Source: an uncultured delta proteobacterium (lineage in GTDB: Bacteria; Myxococcota_A; Polyangia; Polyangiales; Polyangiaceae). From it: 64,000 nucleotides of DNA. Each line of letters begins with the position of its first letter. Positions within the stretch are counted from its first letter, which is position 1. The position numbers and the translations under genes are program-made. Below, piece after piece: positions 59,420-64,000 of the stretch. The DNA is taken from NCBI GenBank assembly GCA_963841435.1, contig CAWJCS010000003.1, positions 1,312,001-1,376,000 of the forward strand, read 5' to 3'. A model generated the notes under the pieces. The model did no database searches, was not told the DNA's origin, and saw only the letters and a program-made list of their open reading frames with translations.

Positions 59420-59797
59420 GTGCTCTACGTCGCTGCAGCCATCGCTGTCGCCACCTTCCTCGCCGCGTTCCAGTGGCTCAAGCTGGTTCCCACGGCGGTG
59501 GCGGCCGCCGACGTCGCCAAGCAAGCGCTCGCCTCTGCCCGCGATCCTCGTCTGAGTGACGACGAAAAGGAGGCCTTGGCGCGGAAGAGCTCCGTGCGGC
59601 TGCTCGGTAGCTTCGTCTCCATCAGCGCGCGCGGGGCGCTCGCTTTCGCGGCTTCGGTCGTACCGTTGTTCGCGATCCAGGCGCTCCTCCATGTCCCCGT
59701 CGGTGACGTCGTGAGCTTGCTTTCGAGCTGGCCCGCGATCATCGTCGCCTTCGTGCTCACCACAGCCGTGATCCTACTCATGCGCAAGCGAACATGA
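59420..59797 (+). CDS. Small hypothetical membrane protein (~3 TM)
   Basis: Hydrophobic helices around DPRLSDDEKE; ATGA overlap with the sulfotransferase. Confidence 0.7.
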   Translation: MLYVAAAIAVATFLAAFQWLKLVPTAVAAADVAKQALASARDPRLSDDEKEALARKSSVRLLGSFVSISARGALAFAASVVPLFAIQALLHVPVGDVVSLLSSWPAIIVAFVLTTAVILLMRKRT

Positions 59798-60876
59798 CCT
59801 TCGAGCGCAACTACTCGAGTCTCGACCGCTGGGTGCACTGGCTCGCCTTTTCTGGCCGCGCCGTGCAGCAAACCGCCGAAGACATGGAGGGCATGCTCTT
59901 CGCCAAGCACTTTCGAGACATCGAGGTGCGGCGACCGGTATTCGTTACCTCGCTCCCGCGCGCGGGCACGACGCTCTTGCTCGACGTCATCAATCAAAGC
60001 CCCGCCTTCGCAACGCACAGCTACCGGGACATGCCATTCGTCTTCGCTCCCATCTTGTGGCAGGCGCTCTCGGGGGGCTTCCAGAAGCGCGCGGAGCTCG
60101 CCGAGCGCGCTCACGGCGACGGCATGAAGGTCGGTTACGACAGCCCCGAAGCGTTCGAAGAGGTGCTGTGGAAGGGCGCGTGGCCCCAGAAGTTCGTCAA
60201 CGGCGGCATCGAGCTCTGGAGCGACGACGAAAGCGCCCCCGCGTTCGAAACGTCATTCGCCAATCACATGCGGAAGATCATCGCGTTGCGCGCGCCGGCC
60301 GGCGCGGAGAAGAGCGTGCGCTACGTCTCGAAGAACAACGCCAACGTCGCGCGACTCGGCTACCTACGGCGCCTGTTCGCCGACGCCGACATCCTGATCC
60401 CCTTCCGCGATCCATTCGCTCAGGCGGGCTCGCTCTTGAACCAGCACACTCGCTTCCTCGAGGTGCACCAGAACGAGTCCTTCTCCCGGCGCTACATGGA
60501 AGACATCGGCCACCTGGAGTTCGGAGCGCTGCATCGGCCGATCCTTTTTCCCAAGATGGCGGAGGTGATCGAACGCTACAAGCCCGAGCAGCGCGACTAC
60601 TGGGTTGCGTACTGGGTCGCCGCGTTCGAGCACGTGCTTTCGCACGACGCCGGGGCGAAGCTCGTTTCTTACGAGCGCGCCTGCGTCGATCGCCAAAAGA
60701 CGCTCGCCGCTCTCGCCGCGGCGCTCGGCATCCCCGAGGAAAGCTTCGCCGCCGTTCCCGCCGACCTGTTTCACGCACCGAGGGCGCCGACCGAGCCGCC
60801 CACGACGGCCGATCCGGCTCTCGCCGCGCGCGCTCACGAGCTCCACGAGGCCTGCCTCGCGCGCAGCATCGTGTGA
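59794..60876 (+). CDS. PAPS-dependent sulfotransferase
   Basis: 5'-PSB PVFVTSLPRAGTTLL; SKNN; 3'-PB FRDP...SL; VSYE. Confidence 0.88.
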   Translation: MTFERNYSSLDRWVHWLAFSGRAVQQTAEDMEGMLFAKHFRDIEVRRPVFVTSLPRAGTTLLLDVINQSPAFATHSYRDMPFVFAPILWQALSGGFQKRAELAERAHGDGMKVGYDSPEAFEEVLWKGAWPQKFVNGGIELWSDDESAPAFETSFANHMRKIIALRAPAGAEKSVRYVSKNNANVARLGYLRRLFADADILIPFRDPFAQAGSLLNQHTRFLEVHQNESFSRRYMEDIGHLEFGALHRPILFPKMAEVIERYKPEQRDYWVAYWVAAFEHVLSHDAGAKLVSYERACVDRQKTLAALAAALGIPEESFAAVPADLFHAPRAPTEPPTTADPALAARAHELHEACLARSIV

Positions 60877-60911
60877 GCGGGCGACGCGCGCTCGTTCCGA
60901 GGGGCGTCGCG

Positions 60912-62744
60912 TCAGGCGCGCCGGCGCGCTCGCTCGACGCGCGCGACGAGTCGTGACCACGGCGCGAAGATCCCCGAAAGCGTGAGCAGCGCGAGGGGGA
61001 CCGACCACGTCAGCGTGCGGGGCGCGTAACGAAACGTCAGCGTGCGGCCGCCGGGCGGCAGTCGCGCGGCGACGAGCCCCGCGTGGTCGAGCGCGGGCGA
61101 GCCGTCGGCGCGCCACCCCGGATCGTAGTTCATGTCGTAGACGACGAGCGCGCCCGCGGGGGCCCCCTCGACGGCGAGCGTGACGCTATTCGGCGTCCAG
61201 CGCGTCACCTCGACTCGACCAGGGCCTTCGTCAACGTACGCGAGACCGCGATAGCGCGACGAATCGATCGGCACGGCGGCACCGTGGAACGCGGGGTCGA
61301 CGCCATAACAGCTGATGACGCCCGTGTTGGCGAACATGGCGAGCAGCACCGGCTCGGCCCAATCGCGAACCACGTAGGAGACGGGTGAGTGCCGGCGATG
61401 CACGAACGGCACCGCCACCTCGATGTTCTGGGGTGCTCGCATCCAGAATGCTTGCTCGAACGGCGTGCGTGAGAAACGCGCCATGTCCCAGCCGAACAGC
61501 GCCACCGGCAGGAGCAGGGCGAGGTCGAGCAGCGGCCGCACCGCGAGCCGACGTTCGAGTGCCTTTTGCACGCCGAGCACGAAGCCGAGCCCCAGGAAGA
61601 GCAACATCGGATAGTGGAAACGCGAGGGGACGTGCTGCGACGCGAACAGCGGCAGCCGGTGCAGGAGCGTCCAGGGGGCGAGCGGGTGAAAGGCGCCGAA
61701 CCCGAGCAGCAGCGCCACGGCGCCGAGCAGCGCGTACGAACGGCCCCGAGCTTCACGCGTCCAGGTCAGCCCCACGACGAGCGCCACCACCCCCACGGGG
61801 CCCACGTAGATGCCCCACTCGTGCCAGTTGTAGGCGGGCACGGGGACAGGGCGGGTCCCGAAACGCTGGTCCTCGAGCGTGAGCATCGAGAACAGGTCTC
61901 GCGGCCCGATGACCTCCGTCAACTCGATGAGCCGCGGCAGAGTGCGCAGTTGATCGAGTGCCGCGAACAGCTTGGGTGCCGACAGGCCGATGGCCGTCGT
62001 GCCCGCGACGGCGAGTGCCCAGAGCGGCCGAGCCCGACGCTCGAGCCCGGCGCGAAACAGCGCCAAGAGCGAGAGGAAGAGCGCCGTATGCGGTAGCGGG
62101 TAGACGCCTCCCCAGTAACACTCGAGCGCGAGGCAAATCCCGGCGCCGGCCGCCCAGCGCAGCGACCGCCCGCCGAGCGCACGCTCGAAGCAAAAGAACG
62201 CCCACGGCAGGAGCGAGTACTGGAGATGCCAGGTGTGCCCGACGGCCGCCTGCAACGCCCAGCGTCCGTTCAAGACGAACAGCGCTGCGACGAACGCACG
62301 CAGTGCCACGCTGCTCGTGAAGCAGCCGGCCAGCAGGTAGCTGCCCGAAAGAGCCAGGAGCCCCTGCGCGACCACTTCGAGCCGGAGCGCCGCGCGCAGA
62401 TCGAAGAGCAGGTAGAGGGGCAAGAAGGGCGACACGAAGTTCGTCGCACCTTCGGAGTACCCGAAGGCCTGCACGCCGCCGCACAGATACGGATGCCACC
62501 AGGGTCCTTCGCCGTTTCTCAGGCTGAGCACGGTGATGTAGCGGTAGGCGGTCGCGACGTCCCAGTCGTGGAAGCCGTAGGTCGAAAAATCCGCGAGCAT
62601 CGGCGCGAGCACCCACGCGAGCAACGCAGCGAGCAGCGCCGCGGCCAGCGCGTGCGTGACCATCGACCGAGCGCGCGCCTGCCCCAGCCGAAAAAGGTGC
62701 CCTCCTGCCATGCGGGCGAAGCGCGCGAGCGGGGAGGGGTTCAT
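60912..62744 (-). CDS. YfhO-like GT-C membrane protein
   Basis: HDWD, PWWHPYLCGG, YVG, PSRF, C-terminal YDPGWRA...TFRYAP-TM; start uncertain. Confidence 0.7.
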   Translation of the reverse strand: MNPSPLARFARMAGGHLFRLGQARARSMVTHALAAALLAALLAWVLAPMLADFSTYGFHDWDVATAYRYITVLSLRNGEGPWWHPYLCGGVQAFGYSEGATNFVSPFLPLYLLFDLRAALRLEVVAQGLLALSGSYLLAGCFTSSVALRAFVAALFVLNGRWALQAAVGHTWHLQYSLLPWAFFCFERALGGRSLRWAAGAGICLALECYWGGVYPLPHTALFLSLLALFRAGLERRARPLWALAVAGTTAIGLSAPKLFAALDQLRTLPRLIELTEVIGPRDLFSMLTLEDQRFGTRPVPVPAYNWHEWGIYVGPVGVVALVVGLTWTREARGRSYALLGAVALLLGFGAFHPLAPWTLLHRLPLFASQHVPSRFHYPMLLFLGLGFVLGVQKALERRLAVRPLLDLALLLPVALFGWDMARFSRTPFEQAFWMRAPQNIEVAVPFVHRRHSPVSYVVRDWAEPVLLAMFANTGVISCYGVDPAFHGAAVPIDSSRYRGLAYVDEGPGRVEVTRWTPNSVTLAVEGAPAGALVVYDMNYDPGWRADGSPALDHAGLVAARLPPGGRTLTFRYAPRTLTWSVPLALLTLSGIFAPWSRLVARVERARRRA

Positions 62745-62773
62745 CGGCGGGGGAGTGTAGACTAAGGTTTGCC

Positions 62774-63547
62774 GTGGTTTCCGACACGAGGCACTTCTAC
62801 GACGCCGTCTGGACGGACATCGCCAAGCTGGACGACCAGAGCCCCGCGTCGTTTCACCGGCGGCGACTGATTCGCAAGCTCACGCTGCGTTTCGCGCGGG
62901 ATCCCGCGACGGTCCTCGACGCGGGCTGCGGCCCCGGGCAGCTGCTCGCGGAGCTCGCCGTGCACCTGCCGCACGCGGCGCTCGCGGGCGGCGACGTGTC
63001 GCCGGCGTCGCTCGACCTCGCGCGCCAGCGCTGCTCGACGGCGGACCTGTTCGAGCTCGACCTCGAGGGCGCGGATTTCGAGACGCGCCAGGCTGCGCGG
63101 CTCGGCAGCTTCAATCTCGTCGTGTGCTCGGAGGTGCTCGAGCACATCGCCGACGACGCCCGCGCGGTCGCGCGCCTGCGCGAGCTCGTCACCGAAGGTG
63201 GTGTGCTCGTCGTCACCGTGCCTTCGGGCAAGATGTCGCGCTTCGACGAAGCCATCGGCCATCAACGCCACTACCGGCTCGCCGAGCTCCGCGCGCTACT
63301 CGCGGCCAACGGCTTCGAGCCGCTCTTCGCGATGGCGTGGGGGTTTCCGTTCCAGAACCTCTATCGCAGCGCCGTTCGCGTGGCGTCGCGCTTCGCGTTC
63401 GCGCCCGGCTCGAAGAGCGGGGCGCCCAAAAAGCCGCTCGGCCTCGCCTACCTCGCCTTCGGACAGCTCCTGCGCCCGCTGTTCTTCCTCAACCTGCCCG
63501 TTTGGGGCGAGCAGCTGTTCGCCGTCGCGCGGCGGCGGGAGAGCTGA
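62774..63547 (+). CDS. Class I SAM-dependent methyltransferase
   Basis: VLDAGCGPG, CSEVLEHIADD, VTVP, GHQRHY. Confidence 0.88.
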   Translation: MVSDTRHFYDAVWTDIAKLDDQSPASFHRRRLIRKLTLRFARDPATVLDAGCGPGQLLAELAVHLPHAALAGGDVSPASLDLARQRCSTADLFELDLEGADFETRQAARLGSFNLVVCSEVLEHIADDARAVARLRELVTEGGVLVVTVPSGKMSRFDEAIGHQRHYRLAELRALLAANGFEPLFAMAWGFPFQNLYRSAVRVASRFAFAPGSKSGAPKKPLGLAYLAFGQLLRPLFFLNLPVWGEQLFAVARRRES

Positions 63548-63593
63548 CCGCGAACGTGCGTCGCCACCGGGCCCCCTCGGCCGAGCCGACGCC

Positions 63594-64000
63594 TCAGGTC
63601 GCGTCGCTCGAGCGCCGGTAGCCGAAGAAACCGCGCCGCTTGATGAGCTCGGCGATTTCGCTCGGCACCGCTTGCTCCCACCCCGTATCGCCGCGCGCGA
63701 TGCCCGCCAGCACCTCGCGCGAAAAGATCGGCAGGCACGCCCTGTCGAAACCTTCGAGCCCGACGATGGCGCCGCGGTCGACCAGGTGCCCGTAGAGCTT
63801 GGCGAGCTCCGTCGGGACGGGCAGGTTGTGAACGGTCGTGAGCTCGCCGGTGGCGCGGTCGAGCAACGGGTAGACGTAGAGGCGCGTCTCGTTCTTGAAG
63901 AGCCGGCCGAACGACTCGAGGATGCCGCCGTCGAGATCGGTGTAGTACTTTTCGTCGAACAGCGTCACGACGCTGCCGGCGCCGAGCGCGATCCCCACGG
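63594..64000 (-). CDS. C-terminal part of a conserved hypothetical (nucleotidyltransferase-like) protein; partial
   Basis: FDEKYYTDLDGGILESFGRLF...LYVYP...SREVL...WEQAVP...LIKRRGFFG; the ending resembles the NadD/cytidylyltransferase C-terminus. Confidence 0.6.
   Translation of the reverse strand, partial: VGIALGAGSVVTLFDEKYYTDLDGGILESFGRLFKNETRLYVYPLLDRATGELTTVHNLPVPTELAKLYGHLVDRGAIVGLEGFDRACLPIFSREVLAGIARGDTGWEQAVPSEIAELIKRRGFFGYRRSSDAT

Overview
High-GC bacterial chromosomal window, most likely from a myxobacterium (Myxococcota, Polyangiales/Sorangiineae-like). This is inferred from the divergent EF-Tu type, a MYXO-CTERM protein, kinase- and FHA-fused sigma54 activators and a GH6 cellulase. 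1-12.9 kb (minus strand) is the core tRNA(Thr-Tyr-Gly-Thr)-tuf-rpmG-tRNA(Trp)-secE-nusG-rplKAJL-rpoBC cluster. Its spacers hold a three-copy ~70-90 bp repeat with a covarying hairpin and a tRNA-sized, decayed tRNA-Gly-like element. 13-45 kb holds lipoproteins, trmB, a GT-C-like membrane protein, an aldo-keto reductase, a CysQ-like phosphatase, a convergent pair of sigma54 activators (FHA-GAF-AAA+ and Ser/Thr kinase-TPR-GAF-AAA+), a giant Cys-repeat subtilase, PrkA/YeaG, ppk1 and a PAS hybrid kinase. 45-64 kb is an envelope glycosylation region: gmhA, transaldolase, hddC-like and hddA-like genes, an epimerase, three GT-C-type membrane proteins, a sulfotransferase cassette and a methyltransferase. 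It is interrupted by a Dam-type methylase coupled to a very small PD-(D/E)XK nuclease, a beta-barrel protein, a hydroxylase and a GH6. Frameshifts in rpoB, rpoC, prkA and the epimerase look like mixed-strain consensus errors rather than biology. No CRISPR array, rRNA or transposase was seen. All product calls come from motif recognition by eye; no database search was run.
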